A stretch of DNA of 44,991 nucleotides from Chiloscyllium plagiosum (GCF_004010195.1 NC_057749.1:17843597-17888587); one strand, 5' to 3'; counted from the first letter of the stretch, positions 1-13,129 are shown. Notes: a model not told the origin generated them from the sequence alone. Translations and numbers: made by a program.

Positions 1-135
1 AGCCCTATCAAATTCCACCCACCATCTTTACAGCGACCACTGCCCACCTGCCAGTATCTCACAGAGCGATGGTGATTGAGGAAGCAGCCTGGATCTCTGA
101 CTGGACCATCATGCAGTGATGATGGCATAGAGTTC

Positions 136-1107
136 AGAGTGTGGTGAAGGACAAGGACAGAACCCCCCCCCCCCCCCCCCCACTCCTGGTCCTCACCTTC
201 CACCCCACCAACCTCCGCATATAACGTATCATCTCTATTTCCTCCACCTCCAAACGGACCCCATCACCAGAGATAGATTTCCATCCCCACCCCTATCAGC
301 GTTCCAGAGAGACCATTCCCTCCATGACTCCCTCATCAGGTCCACACACCCCACCAGCCCATACCTTACTCCTGGCACCTTTCCCTGCCACTGCAGGAAG
401 TGCAGAACCTGCACCCACACCACTCCCCTCACCTCCATCCAAGGCCCCAAGGGATCCTTCCACATCGGTTGGAAATTTACCTGTACCTTTACTAATGTCA
501 TCTATTGCATCCGTTGCACCCGGTGTGGTCTCCTCTACATCAGGGACACAGGACGCCTTCTTGTGGATCGTTTCAGAGAAATCTCTGGGACACCTGCACC
601 CACCAGCCCCACTGCCCCGTGGCTGAACACTTCAACTCCCCCTCCCACTCCGTCAAGGACATACAGATCCTGGGCCTCCTCCACCGCCGAACCCTTACCA
701 CCCAATGCCTGGAGGAGGAACGCCTCATCTTCCGCCTTAAGACCCTGCAACCACATGGGATAAATGTGGATTTCAACAGCTTCCTCATTTCCCCATCCCC
801 TAACATTATCCCAGTCCCAAGCCTCCAACTCGGCACTGCCTTCCGGACCCATCACTCCCCCCCTGACCTGTCACCTTCTCCCTCACCTTTATCCACCTAT
901 TGCTTTCCCAGCTACCTCCCTCCAATCCCAGCCCCCTCCCATTTATCTCTCAGCCCCCTTGGCCCACAAGCCTCATTCCTGATGAAGGGCTTATGCCCGA
1001 AACGTCGACTCTCCTGCTCCTCGGATGCTGCCTGACCTGCTGCGCTTTTCCAGCACCACACTCTCGACTCTGATCTCCAACATCTGCAGTCCTCACTTTC
1101 CCCTCTG
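136..1107 (+). mobile_element. Penelope-like element (PLE), 5'-truncated, with decayed GIY-YIG endonuclease and 3' pseudo-LTR
   Basis: ~458-780 translates, with a frameshift, to FTCTFTNVIYCIRCTRCGLLYIRDTGRLLVDRFRE...PVAEHFNSPSHS...EEERLIFRLKTLQPHGINVDFN, a typical PLE GIY-YIG C-terminus. Flanked by a 13-bp direct repeat TGGCATAGAGTTC (123-135, 1108-1120). Confidence 0.9.
975..1010 (+). ncRNA. Minimal type I hammerhead ribozyme motif in PLE pseudo-LTR
   Basis: ATTC-CTGATGA(979-985)-A-GGGC-TTAT-GCCC-GAAA(999-1002)-CGTC-GACT. Shows the conserved core boxes, a 4-bp stem II, palindromic ACGT stem III, a GUC cleavage triplet (1004-1006) and a short stem I. Confidence 0.8.
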
Positions 1108-2329
1108 TGGCATAGAGTTCCCCAGATGGAGAAACCTTTTCCATCAGATGATGGGTTTTTGGGCTGCTACATGGGATCCTGCCTCTTGGAGACTTCAGGT
1201 GACCATCATTGGACCAAAACTCTCTCATTGTGAGCAGCGATTTCCCCTGGTTTTCAGGAAGCCGAGGGCAAGAACAGTCAGCGACTTCACATCTCGGCAG
1301 AGCCCTCTACAATCAGCAGGGGCTGTGTTAAAGTAGAAATGAGCGTTTCCTTATGTCAGTCCCATTCACCCAGGAAGGAATGGGTTAAAATAATCACACC
1401 TGATTAAAATCAGTGACATGCAGATATAGCAATCACTGATCCCTTCTGACAAACACAGCAACATGAGTAAAATAAGGAGCCTACACTTACTGAATAGGAT
1501 AAAAATGATACAATTAAGAAACCTTTATTACTACAATCAGAACTGGCCTGAAGGCAACAGCCTGAATTTCAGATGCATTCATTGCTTATCACTCCTGTTA
1601 TAGAACTGGCCCCATCTTCCTAATGACACCAGTGTCACCATCTTCCAAGAGAAATAGCTTCCACTCTTCAACGAGTCTCTGGAGATGAATATTGTAACTT
1701 TTTTTTATGATGTGAAATTAGCTGTCTAGGCTTCTGGGCAATTTATAGATGGAAGATCCTTATATATCACGGAGGCGAATGACAATAAAATGTGCATTAT
1801 ACTTAGCAATTTAAATTTTTGTCAAAATGCATTTGGTGCTGGTTAGTCAAGCACAGATGGGACATTCAATTTGAGTTGATTCGAGGTTCCACTAGCTTCC
1901 TTGAGAAGGGTGTTTGTGCCTCCAAATCTGATCATACACTTTCCTCATTCTTCCTTCACCCAGACTACCTGCTTGTCCACAACAGCACCAGTTTACCAAA
2001 GGAGTTCAGTAAGTGAACGTATCGCAGGGAATTCATTGGAGTTTAACCAATTGCATTGATCTATTTGGTGCATGGTTTTAGATTTCAGAACATTCCACTT
2101 ACCACATCCACTCCCTGCTCGGGACTGTTTATTGCAACATAGTGCACTGGAGCCAAAACACAGTCCCTTTTGAATTTAGGAATACAGGAAATGGGATTAT
2201 GTGGCTGTTCAGACATGTCCCATTGGTTAATACCATGACAGGTGATCTGTTATGGCCTTCGGTCTCAATGGCTATTCTCTTATTCTGAGCCCCCTGTGTC
2301 CCTGGTCTGGACCCCCACTCACAACCATA

Positions 2330-2860
2330 ATGAGACCATTAGACACAGGAGCTGCAGTAGGCCATTCAGCCCACAGAGTCGACTCCACCATCCAATGGGA
2401 TCATGGCAGCTCTGAGAATCCACTTTCCTGCCCTTTCCCCATCACCCTCGAATTCCCCTTCCTGATTAAACATCTGTCTCTCTCAGCCTTGAATTATCCT
2501 TAATGACCCAGCCTCGACAGCCCTCTGTGGTAAAGGATTCATAGACTCACCACCCTCAGAAAAGAAATTCCTCATCCTCATCCCTGTCTTAAATGGGCAA
2601 TCACTTACTCTGGCCCTTGACCCTCCCACAAGGGTAAACTATCTTTCGACACTTACCCTGTCAAGGCCTCGAAGTATTTTGTATGTTTCAATAAAGACAC
2701 ATCTCACTCTTCTAAACTCCAATGAGCACAGGCCCAGTCTACTCCACATTTCCTCATATGCCAGTCCCTCCATCCCTGGGATCAGCTGAGTCAACCTTCT
2801 CTGGACTGCTCCCAATGCCGGTGTATCTTTCCTCAGATACAGGCTCAGAACTGGTCAGTT
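2330..2860 (-). mobile_element. CR1-type LINE 3' fragment, decayed
   Basis: Similar to the reverse complement of CR1 3' ends elsewhere in the window (gtaggccattcagccc..., ctgtctctctcagccttgaat, cttctaaactccaatgag). Confidence 0.65.
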
Positions 2861-3734
2861 TGTTCATGGTAAATGAGGACTGAGTGGCAATCAGGACATT
2901 TGGAGAATTTAACACCTGTGAATTGTGCTATTGGGTCCATTCTTGATTGTCCACATTACCCCCTGAAGCTTTGGTGGTCATTTAATGGGAAAGAATGAAC
3001 TTGTCGGAGTTACTGATCAAAGAAACCTCGAGTTTGCAACCACACTGAGCACTTGGTGCCTTTCCTTGGTCTGTTGGCGCTGAATGACTCAAGGAGTTTA
3101 CTTTTTCAGTAATTTCACTCATAGTGAAGGGAAATTAAACACTTTTCTTCCATATCTGCTGTCCTACATTTGCATCAGTGAAGGAGTGAACACAGTGTAA
3201 CAATATGCAGTCATTAGTCACGGTGATTCATTGGAATGCCAGCAGCACAGCCATACTCAAAAGATAGCACCAGCTCAGGAACTAAATCTGCCGGGACCGC
3301 TTCATAATCCTCCCCATGGAACGGTGAGTGCTCCAGCTGTTAATAACCACGTGTGCATTAGGAAACGGAAGCCTGTGTACATGCAGCCTGCCACACCTTG
3401 TGTTTTCAGCTTGGTTCACCTGGGCCTACTCAAAATTCTAACAGCTCCAACACCTTTTCCTGCCAGTCCACCCCTCCTCCCTTCTCCATCTCTCTTCCCC
3501 TCATCCCCTCACTGAGTCTTCCCCATCACAGGAGTATCCCACAGCGAAAGGACTCAGTCAACTTCATGTGATTATTTTATTGAAATGCACCAGCAGTAAG
3601 CTACACCAATAGATCTCTCCCCAGCCTTCAAAACACAGTAAAAAACCGCAGCAGATTCAAATTGAATTCAAACACATTCAATGAATGCTTTAAACTCAGA
3701 AAAGAACAGTCCAATGCTCTTTGCCACTGTCCTG

Positions 3735-4090
3735 TAAGGGATGATTGAGTTGCCGGGGTTGATATCCCGTGGGGTTTAGAAGAATGTCTAATATATAAAT
3801 ATGTCAATATTAAAAATATCTACAATAGTTAAGAAGCTAAAGGCAGTAAAGTTGAAAAACTGACCCCCCTTTGGGGAATCTAAAACATGGGGACCACACT
3901 CTTAGAAAAATTGATCTCCATTATGGACTGAGATGAGGAGACATTTCTTCATGTGAAAGGTTGCAAACGTTTTGGAATTTAATTGTTGCGTATATTCAGG
4001 AGAGAGATTTATCGATCTTTTGGGTAGGTATAGGATTCTGGGATTTGGGCAATGGGAAGGTCAGCTTGTTGAATGAGGGTCTCCTAATTC
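3735..4090 (+). mobile_element. CR1-type LINE 3' fragment, highly decayed
   Basis: Remnant motifs gggtttagaagaatg and ggactgagatgaggagacatttcttc resemble CR1 ORF2 3' ends. Confidence 0.45.
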
Positions 4091-5312
4091 TTGGACTTTC
4101 TTTTAAGTCTGAGAGCATTGATATTCAAGGGGGAATCTTAAACAATTGTTATTACATATACTGTCAATAGGTAGATACAGAAGGATCTAGATAGAGAGTT
4201 ATCGACACGTTTTCATCTTGCATTAATATTTTTCGTGACTCTGGGAGATAGCTGAGTCTGCTTTATCATTTCCCAGGAGGATCCCAATCTGATTAACTAA
4301 CCAGAAGATAAGTTTAATGAACACATTCAGCCCCTTTTGATATTCTTTCACTGGTGGCCACAGATTGCCGGGATTTTCATCACAGTCAATCAGATGGAAA
4401 GTATTTGTCATACATCCAAGTGTACACGCCACATGGCCACTGTCTGTTCAAAGCCAGTATGACTCCTCAATCTGGCCGGTACTTTAAAACTCTTGCACAG
4501 CAACATGCCAGAATTTCCAATGATTTCAATAGCAAGTGGAGAAATATAAAAAGCTCTGATTTGCTAAAATCTGTCCTGTATTGTTGCAGAGTTGATATCT
4601 CATCATTGCCTCCCTGACAGAGAAAGAGATGAAATTCTCTCAGCCCTGATCTTGTGTGAAATGAAAAACTGAGGTAGGTTAAGCGAAAGAGAAGGAGATC
4701 ACATTCACAGCATCAGCCACCAAACAGAAATCTTCCGAATCAAATAACCTGCGATTTCCAACAAGACACTCATCCTTCTCTGCTGCCCTGCCAAACGAGA
4801 TGATTGGTCAAGCAATAATGCAGCAATTGTCTCCCTACAGGGAGCACTGTCCAAGAATCACTCCGACTTCATTACTGATCAGTGTTACCACTCACTGGGG
4901 CCAGTGTGCTGTAAGTCCAGCCCCTTTCCTCCTGTCATTCTGTACCAAAGTAAAGCAAGAGTAGGCCATTCAGCCCTTCAAGCCTGCTCCACCATTCAAT
5001 CTGACCATAGTTCCCCACTTTCTCCCTATATCCGTTGATCCATTTAACCCTAAGACATATATCTAACTCCTTCATGAAACCAGTCGATGCAGACACTGGG
5101 ATTGCTCTCCTTATGGCATGCAGAGTTTTTTTGGGTTGGGGAGAGGTTTTATGGAGGGAAAGCAGACAAAAAGAACATATTGTCACTGGCCCAAGATTCC
5201 AATTGTCGCTTCAGATCACTGGCTAAGGATCGAGGGTCGAGATAAGAAATGATTTGTCTCAGTTGGAATCCGCTGCCTTACCAGGTGATGGGAGTTGACT
5301 CAACAGGAATTT

Positions 5313-5442
5313 CCTGATGAAGGGCTTTTGCCTAAAATGTCGATTCTCCTGTTCCTCGGATGCTGCCTAACCTGCTGTGCTTTTCCAGCATTACTCTAAT
5401 CTTGACTCTAATCTCCAGTATCTGCAGTACCCACTTTTGCCT
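5313..5442 (+). mobile_element. Solo PLE pseudo-LTR (short hammerhead-bearing element), decayed core
   Basis: Colinear with 978-1100. CTGATGA is kept, but CCCGAAACGTC has become CCTAAAATGTC (CpG decay). Probable TSD AGGAATTT (5305-5312, 5443-5450). Confidence 0.8.
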
Positions 5443-5559
5443 AGGAATTTTCAAATGGGGATCAGATAAATACTTCACAAAAAAATAACTGCATCTCCCA
5501 AGGGGGAAGGGTAGGGAGAGTGGGACCAATTCTTTTGAAGGAGCCAATGTAGCTGCACT

Positions 5560-5830
5560 GGCCATAAGCCTCTTTCTGCCCATCCCTAATTGTCCAGAGG
5601 GCAGTTAGGAGTCACCTGCATCAGATGGGCCAATGTCATAAGTGGGCCAGACCAGGTTAGAATGGCAGATTTCCTCTGCAAAGGATCACAGTGAACCAGA
5701 CAGGTTTGTCTGACAATCAGCAATGGTTTCCTCAGAATTAGCCTTTTACTTTAAGATTTGTGTTGAATTAAAATTCCACCATCCCCAGATGAATAATCTA
5801 GTGAGGGTACGAACGGGTCATCACCTCCCC
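5560..5830 (-). mobile_element. tRNA-type SINE-like fragment
   Basis: Motifs gcccatccctaattg, gggccagaccagg..atggcagatttcct, gtgaaccaga and aattccaccatc. Related fragments lie at ~23895-23950 and ~42010-42330. Family assigned from memory of shark SINEs. Confidence 0.45.
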
Positions 5831-5959
5831 TTGTAACAACAGAGAGAGAGAGAGAGAGAGACTCACTGCCAGTGACTGCAGGAGGAAGTAGATGCTGGAT
5901 CCTGCTGCTAGGAACAGGTTAGGTCATGATTGGAATACCACAGTGAATTCTCATCTCAA

Positions 5960-6466
5960 TGCTATAAGAAAGATGTTGTGAAACTTGAAAAGATTTGCAA
6001 AGATGTTGCTAGGGTTGGAGGGTTTGAGCTATAGGGAAAGGCTGAATAGGCTGGGGCTGTTTTCCCTGGAGCGTTGGAGGCTGAGGGGTGACCTTATAGA
6101 GGTTTACAAAATTATGAGGGGCATGGATAGGATGAATAGATAAAGTCTTTTCCCTGGGGTAGGGGAGTCCAGAACTAGAGGGTATAGGTTTAGGGTGAGA
6201 GGGGAAAGATATAAAAGCGACCTAAGGGGCAACTTTTTCACACAGAGGGTGGTACGTGTATAGAATGAGCTGCTAGAGGAAGTGGTGGAGGCTGGTACAA
6301 TTGCAACATTTAAAAAGCATCTGAATGGGTATATGAATAGGAAGGGTTTAGAGGGATATGGGCCAAGGGCTGGCAAATGGGACTAGATTAGTTTTGGATG
6401 TTTGGTTGGCGTGGATGGGTTGGGCTGAAGGATCTGTTCCCATGCTGTTTGACTCTATGAGTCTAT
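5960..6466 (+). mobile_element. CR1 LINE 3' end
   Basis: Near-colinear with 17970-18487 (RLGLFSLE.RRLRGDLIEVYKI coding remnant) and ends in a gactctatgagtctat tail. Confidence 0.85.
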
Positions 6467-7710
6467 AACAACAAGAACAGCAATACTCCCTGATAGTGTC
6501 TTTACATCCATCAAATAGATGAATAGAGTTGTGTTTTACAGAGCATCTTTAAAGGACAAAGGGGGTGCCTGAGAGACTGAAATGTATCAAAAGTGATCCA
6601 GGATGAGAGTGAGCTGTCGTGCTGGAGAAATGTGCAAAGAAACCGTGGAGAGATTTCGAATCACAGAGGAGAATCGAGAGTTGCTTGGGAACTAATGTGG
6701 GCCAGTGAGCACAGAGGTTGAAGGGGCAATGTTGTTTATGACGCCTCTTGCAGCTGAAGAGCTTCCAATGACCAATAACTCCATTCTCTGGGCTATTATC
6801 AGAGGAATCATGAACAGTCACAACTCGAGGTGTTGATGGAACCCAGATCACATGAAATAATAGCAACTCTTTAAAGAAAAGCGAGGAGAAAAATACAATT
6901 CAGGTCTTTTTGAAAACAGCAATAGAAAGGTCATTTGGAGGCAGCAGTCAGAGGTTGCTTTGTACTTGCTCGATCCCTGGGGTATTTACAATGACTGGAC
7001 TATTCTATTCAGTAACTAACAGAGACTCACAGCCACTGCTGTCTGCTGCTGATAACTCACAATTCAGGCATCATCTCCCGTACTGAGCCCACAGGCCAAA
7101 CCCTGGACTTCTTTCTCTCTCACACACACACAGTCCAGTCCATCCTTTATTCTTTTACATTCAAGAGTTGCTTTGTGAAAAGACAGAAGGGAGAAAGAAC
7201 AGTTTGCCAGATATCTGCAAACTGGAGCCCAACATATGCAGATGCGACCTCTATTTAAATAAGAGGGCAGAGTTGCTGTTTGTTTAACATGTGCTGCACA
7301 GTCAGAATGTTCTGAATTGACAACAGCAACACATTTTCAGAATCACTGGAGTCTTTGACCTGTGGCTGCTAACTTAAAACTGTCTTGTCCACTCCTTCCA
7401 AAATCCCCGCTCCGTTTGGCATCGAGTGGTCATTGGCTGTGCCGGGGTCAATGATTCCCAGGTGATGCCATGCTATCTGGGGTCACAAAGCTGCTCTGAA
7501 TAGTGCTCCTGTTCTCAGTCGCACATACACACTATCTCCATGCCCCCTGCTCAAATACTGCCCACGTTTGGTGTGGTATTGGCTGGGTAAGGTGAGGCAC
7601 AAGTGGTGCATAGACATTGGATGTTCAGCTGAATTGGCTCATTTCTTTGTAAAGGCCTTTGTGTAAAACGTGTAAACCCCAGCCTGGAACCTGCAGGATG
7701 CTTGCATTTT

Positions 7711-8012
7711 TTTTTGTAAATATATTTATTAGCAAATTTTTTTAACTTTACAAACATATAAAATTAGTGAAAAATACAATCAATAACAAATATCAGTATA
7801 ATAAAAAAGAAAAAAACACACAAATTACAATACAACTACTGTCTACTAACAACTAACCTACTCTATAATACAAAACAAACCCTAACACTGCGCAAAGCAG
7901 CACCAATGAATAAGGAAATAATGAATAGATCAAAAAAAGAAAGAAATGCAAAAAACGAACAAAAAAACCCACAAAATACAGAACAGCTATGCTCACAAAC
8001 AAAGGAAAGGGA
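7711..8012 (-). mobile_element. 5'-truncated poly(A) retroelement 3' end (L1/Tx1-like)
   Basis: Minus strand ends AATAAA-tatatttac-A9. Flanked by an 18-bp direct repeat GCAG(G/A)ATGC(T/C)TGCATTTT (7693-7710, 8013-8030) with a TTTT/AA target, typical of an L1-type endonuclease. Confidence 0.65.
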
Positions 8013-8559
8013 GCAGAATGCCTGCATTTTAAAAATATCTGAAAATTAAAAAGCTTGTCTTGGTGTTGGTGATCCTGGGACAGCAGTGTTGTCATTCCAT
8101 TCCCACAGTGGGGATTTCCCAGGGAGAGTAACACCTCACGGAGATCTTGCACAGCCCTGAAGCTGTGCCTCAGACTCCAAACTTGAAAAGAAGACAAGCT
8201 CCTTTTCAATTAATTTCTTTTTATCCTTATTGTACCTCAAGATGGTGCCAGATTGTGGCGACAAAACACATTCCACTGTATCTTCGAGGTAGATGGACAA
8301 TAAATCACTCACTCGGTTTCCAGTACTCCCCATGTCTGGTGCTTATTGCCTGCTGGAGGTGGAGACATTTATAAAGAATACTCCTCTATTTCTGTTTGTG
8401 GTTTGGTTTGGTCACCATGCTGGTGTGCACTCTGCACTGGCACCATCAGGCTGCCTGAACAGAGAGGTTACAGACTGTGCCTATCCACCCCAAGGGAGCA
8501 GGGCTCCCAGCCGAGCGTTGGCCTGTACAGTAACCCTGTGTGAAAACTCCAGGCAGTGA

Positions 8560-8930
8560 TGCTGCTGGAAGCTGTAGCCCGTGGTCCCTGGGCTCTGTCT
8601 GAGTTGGAGGTTGTGGTTATCAGCTGGTCCTTTCCCTGAACTATCCTCCATGCACTCTCTCTGGGATGAGCTGTGAAACAGATGGCTCCTGTCTTCTCTC
8701 AAACGGGTGTCTGCTCTTTGTCTTGGGGCCTGTACACCTCCCTCAACCAACAACACTCAGCAAGGATTATCTGTTTATCACCTCATTGCTGTTTATGGGA
8801 TCCTGCTGTGCCCAAGCAATCTGCTCTATTTCCTACATTACTGCAACGGGCTTCTGACCTTGGCTGTAAATTGTTTTGGGACATCATGCAAGGTGCTAGG
8901 GAAATGAAAGTTTTCCTTGTTTTCTCGGCA
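8560..8930 (+). mobile_element. DeuSINE-like (SacSINE1/AmnSINE1-type) decayed SINE
   Basis: Motifs ccctcaaccaacaacact, cattgctgtttatgggatcctgctgtgc, tttcctacatta and ttggctgtaaa...tttgggac recall the Deu domain and its 3' tail. Similar minus-strand remnants lie at ~9180-9490, 12790-12975 and 15170-15420. Confidence 0.5.
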
Positions 8931-9077
8931 GTGTCTTAGTGACCAACCAGGAGGCGGAGGGTTTGATTCCCTCAGGGCCAGCTGAAATGAGAAGTTCAGA
9001 GCCTGCCCCACCTCCCCTGGAACCATTTCCCCAGGCATTCCTCTAACAGCCCTCACTCTTGGTGTTTGTGTCCCTCC

Positions 9078-9137
9078 TGTCTCTCTCTCTGTCTCTCTCT
9101 CTCTCTCTCTCTGTCTATCTCTCTGTCTCTCTCTCTG
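9078..9137. repeat. (CT)n/(CTGT) microsatellite
   Basis: Direct reading. Confidence 0.9.
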
Positions 9138-9618
9138 ACTCAGGGTCAATAATGAGCGAGAGAGGAGACACAATCTCCCAATGTGCTCTGACAACCACCA
9201 ACCACATTTCAATGTTAAAAACCAATCAGTGTTCAGCAAGCTCCCACTGTATGGGTGCTGGTCCAGGGGAAAGTATTAGCCGGGGAAGAGTGGTACCTTG
9301 GGATCTTCTCAGATCCCCTCAGAAGCCAGGCATGGCATCAGTTTAATGTGGAATGCCAACTGCAGAGTTTCCTCCAGTGCAGCTCTCCCTCGGGACGGTA
9401 CTGCAGACATCCTGCTTGCTCAGATCTCGGGAGTATTGTCTAAACTCACAATTGCAAAGGACAGAGCCTGAGCCCACAGCTCAGCCACTCACCCCTAGGT
9501 CATCTCATGTCTCAGTAATGTAACCCCCACAGACACAAAGATCCCCTCCAGGTTATTCCAACCTTTTGAACAAAGGTCTCCTTTTCCACAAATGAATTCA
9601 CCTTCTTGGTGATAAATG

Positions 9619-9683
9619 GTGTGTGTGTGTGTGTGTGACAGTGTGTGTGTGTGAGACAGTGTGTGTGAGAGAGAGAGAGAGAG
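9619..9683. repeat. (GT)n-(GA)n compound microsatellite
   Basis: Direct reading. Confidence 0.9.
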
Positions 9684-10794
9684 CGCAAGACTGCAAATTC
9701 TCATGGCTGATTGTTTCCTTTGCAAATGAGCAGAAGGCTTCTCAGAGTGAGAAACAGTGCAGATGGTGAAAGGAATCCAGTCAGCATGGGATCTGGTTGG
9801 AAGCTCCGTCCCTGTGCTGGGTTCTCACGCCTGGCCCTGTCAGCATTGCTCTGGGTTAAACATTCACAAACTCACTAAAACCCTGTCACTAAAATCCAGT
9901 GTGAAACGCCAAACTGTGTTTACACTCCGAAACACCACCTTGCATTCCCCATGTCCTACTCCTGGTTTCCTGGTGAAGCAGTTTACACCTTGTTCTCTGT
10001 CAGTTACTGACCAAACACACAGCAGCTGACAGTGCAGAGTTTTCCCTCACACTGAGACCCAACCGCCATCATGGTGGGGATGGAGGGAAGGGGAGAGAGA
10101 GAGAAGGAGAGAGGAAGGGAGGGAGATAGAAATGGATGGACTGAGTGGAGGATGAAGAGAAAGAGAAAGAAGGCAAGGAGGAAGGGAGACGCTCATTTTG
10201 CAATCCAAAGACCGTAAGAAATATGAACATGAGTAGGCCATTCGGCCCCTCGAGTCTGCTCCTGCCCTTTCCTGGGTTCCCTGACTAGTCAAGAATCTCT
10301 CTGTCTCAGCCTTAAATATCCACTCGGACTCTGTGTCCACAGCTTTCGGTGGTAAGGAGTTTCAAAGCCTCACAATCCTCAGAGAAGCAATTCCTCCTCA
10401 TCTCCGTCTGAAACTGGTGCCTTTTTATCCTGAGACTGTTCTCTCTGGCCCTAGACTCTCCCATGAGGGGGAGCACCCTCTCAGCATTGGTCCTGTCAAA
10501 CCCCTTAAGAATCTGATATGTCTCAATGAGATTATCTCACACTCTTCTAAACTCCAGGGGAGTAGAATCTTAAACTGTTTAACCTTTGCTCATAAGACAG
10601 TCCCCCTTTCACACGAGGGATTATTCTCCTGAACTCCCTCTGAACTGCCTCCAGTGACATGTATTTTTTCCTCAAATAAGGGCATCAAAATGCTCACAAT
10701 GCTCCGGGTGTAGTCTCAACAACATCTTGTACGGTTACTGTCAGACTTCTCATCTCTTACACACCTTCCTGATGCCCCTGTGTGCTACCTTTCT

Positions 10795-12100
10795 AGAACA
10801 TAGAACATTACAGTGGAGTACAAGCCCTTGGGCCCTGGATGTTGCACCGACCTGTGAAACCAATTTGAAGCCCAGCTAATTACACTATTCCATTTTCGTC
10901 CATATGTTTATCCAATGGCCACTTAAACGCCCTTAACATCAGAGAGTCTACTCCTGTAACAGGCAGTGCGTTCCATGTTCCTACTACTCTCCGAGTAAAG
11001 AAACTACCTCTGACATCTGTCCAATATCTATCACCCCTCAATTTAAAGCTATACCCCTTCGTGCTCGCCGTCATCATTCTTGGAAAAAGGCTCTCCCTGT
11101 CCACTCTATCTAACCCTCTGATTATCTAATATGTCTCTATTAAGTCACCTCTAAACCTTCTTCTCTCCAACAAAAACAGCCTCAAGTCCCTCAGCCTTTC
11201 CCCATAAGACCTTCCCTCCATACCAGGCAACATCCTCGTAAATCTCCTCTGAATCCTTTCCAGAGCTTCCACATGCTTCTTATAATGCGGTGACCAGAAC
11301 TGCACGCAATACTCCAAGTGCGGCCGCACCAGTGTTTCGTACAGCTGCAGCATAACCTCCTGGCTCTGAAACTCAATCCCTCTACCAATAAAAGCTAATA
11401 CATTGTATTAACCTCATTCCTGCTCCATGGATGCTGTCCGACCTGCTGTGCTTTTCCAGCACCACGCTCTTGATTCTGATCTCCAGCATCTGCCATCCTC
11501 ACTTTCACCTAATACAACGTAAGTTTTCTTAACAACCCTGTCAACTTGGGTGGCAACTTTCAAGGATCTATGTACCTGGACACTGAGATCTTTCTGCTCA
11601 TCTACACTACCAAGAATCTTACCATTAGCCCAGTGCTCTGTATTCCTGTTCCTCCTTCCAAAGTGATTCACCTCACACTTTTCCACATTAAACTCCATTT
11701 TCCAATGCTCAGCCCAGCTCTGCAGCTAATCTATGTCCCTCTGTAACCTACAACATCCTTCATCACAACTCTTCCAACCTTTGTGTCATCTGCAAATTTA
11801 CAAACCCATCCTTCTATGCCCTCTTCCAGGTCATTTATAACAATGACAAACAGCAGTGGCCCCAAAACAGATCCTTGTGTTACACCACTAGTAACTGAAC
11901 TCCAGGATGAATATTTCCCATCAATCACCACCCTCTGTCTTCTTACAGCTGGTCAATTTCTGATCCAAACCACTAAATCACCCTCAATCCCATGCGTCCA
12001 TATTTTGTATAATAGCCTACTGTGGGGAACCTTACCAAACGCCTTACTGAAATCCATATACACCACATCAACCACTTTACCCTCATCCACCTGTTTGGTC
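10795..12100 (-). mobile_element. CR1 LINE, 5'-truncated, decayed RT
   Basis: Minus-strand ORFs give VDVVYMDFSKAFGKVPHSRL, SGVTQGSVLGPLLFVIVINDL, CKFADDTK, MEFNVEKCEV and LYETLVRPHLEYCVQFWSP. TAGAACA tail repeat at 10794-10807. Confidence 0.92.
11411..11508 (+). mobile_element. Solo PLE pseudo-LTR inserted in CR1, hammerhead core deleted
   Basis: Colinear with 971-1100 but reads CCTCATTCCTG|CTCC, lacking the core segment. Probable TSD CTAATACA(TT/AC)GTA (11395-11407, 11509-11521). Confidence 0.8.
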
Positions 12101-12999
12101 ACCTTTCTGTGTTTCATATACACGTTCTCCCAAGTCTCTTTGTGTTGCAGTTTTTGACAGTTTTCCTCCATTTAAATATTACTCTGTTCTTTGTCCTCCC
12201 TTCCAAAATGAACAATTACACATTTTCCCACATTATGGTTCATTTGCCAACTCTTTGCCCATTTACTGAACCTATCAATATTTCTCTGTAAACTGTTTGT
12301 ATCCTTCTTGCAACCTGCCTAGTTTTGTGTCATCTGCAAATTTGGATGTAGTATATTTGCTTCCTTCCTCATTACTATATATTGAAAACGGGCGCGGTCC
12401 CAACACAGATCCTTAGTCCGGCAACCTGAGAAAGAACCCCTTACTTCACTCACCGTTTCTTCACTGTGAGTTAATTTCAATATGCTGATCCAACACCATG
12501 GGGTACCTTGTCAAACGCCTCCTGCAAGTCCAAATACAACATATCTACTGGTTCCCCTTTATGTTCTCTGGTTGAAACTTATATAAAAAACTCTAATAAA
12601 TTTGTCAGATATGATTTCCCTTTCATGAAACCATACCAACTCTGCTTAATTAGATAATGGCTTTCCAAATGTTCTGCTAACTCTTCCTTAATAGTTGATT
12701 CCAACTGTTTTCCAACAACAGATACTACACCCATAACTCCCTGCTTTTTGCCTCCCTCTCTTTTTGACTTCCTGAAGTGTTGAACTATTGAAACACAGTC
12801 ACTGATGTAGGAAGGCCTGCTGCCAATTTGCACACAGTAATCTTCCCAAAAGCAGCTCTGAGATAAAGGATGAGTTAGTTTGTCCTTGTCAGCGATAAAG
12901 TGTGAGGGATATTGAGTAGGACCCCAATGGAACTGAGTCTGCTCACTCTGCACTCTGTCAGTCCCACCTCCCTCCATCCCGGGTTGTTCCTATAACATG

Positions 13000-13129
13000 G
13001 AGGAGAAAGTGAGGGCTGCAGATGCTGGAGATCAGAGCTGAAAATGTGTTGCTGGAAAAGCGCAGCAGGTCAGGCAGCATCCAAGGAGCAGGAGAATCGA
13101 CGTTTCGGGCATAAGCCCTTCTTCAGGAA
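13000..13129 (-). mobile_element. Solo PLE pseudo-LTR with intact hammerhead motif
   Basis: Minus strand reads ATTC-CTGAAGA-A-GGGC-TTAT-GCCC-GAAA-CGTC-GATT...CTCACTTTCTCC. Perfect 12-bp TSD TCCTATAACATG (12988-12999, 13130-13141). Confidence 0.9.

Larger units (their letters stand above)
10205..12780 (-). mobile_element. Older CR1 LINE, split by a younger CR1 insertion
   Basis: 3' part at 10205-10794. RT part at 12101-12780 (minus ORF ...KQSWYGFMKGKSYLTNLLEFF). The sequence reads continuously across the ACCTTTCT repeat at 10787-10794 / 12101-12108. Confidence 0.7.

Noticed and set aside
4590..4673. Plus-strand exon candidate (ttgttgcag...GAG|GTAGGT)
   Set aside because: Stops in all three frames and no partner exon or recognisable product; at most non-coding.
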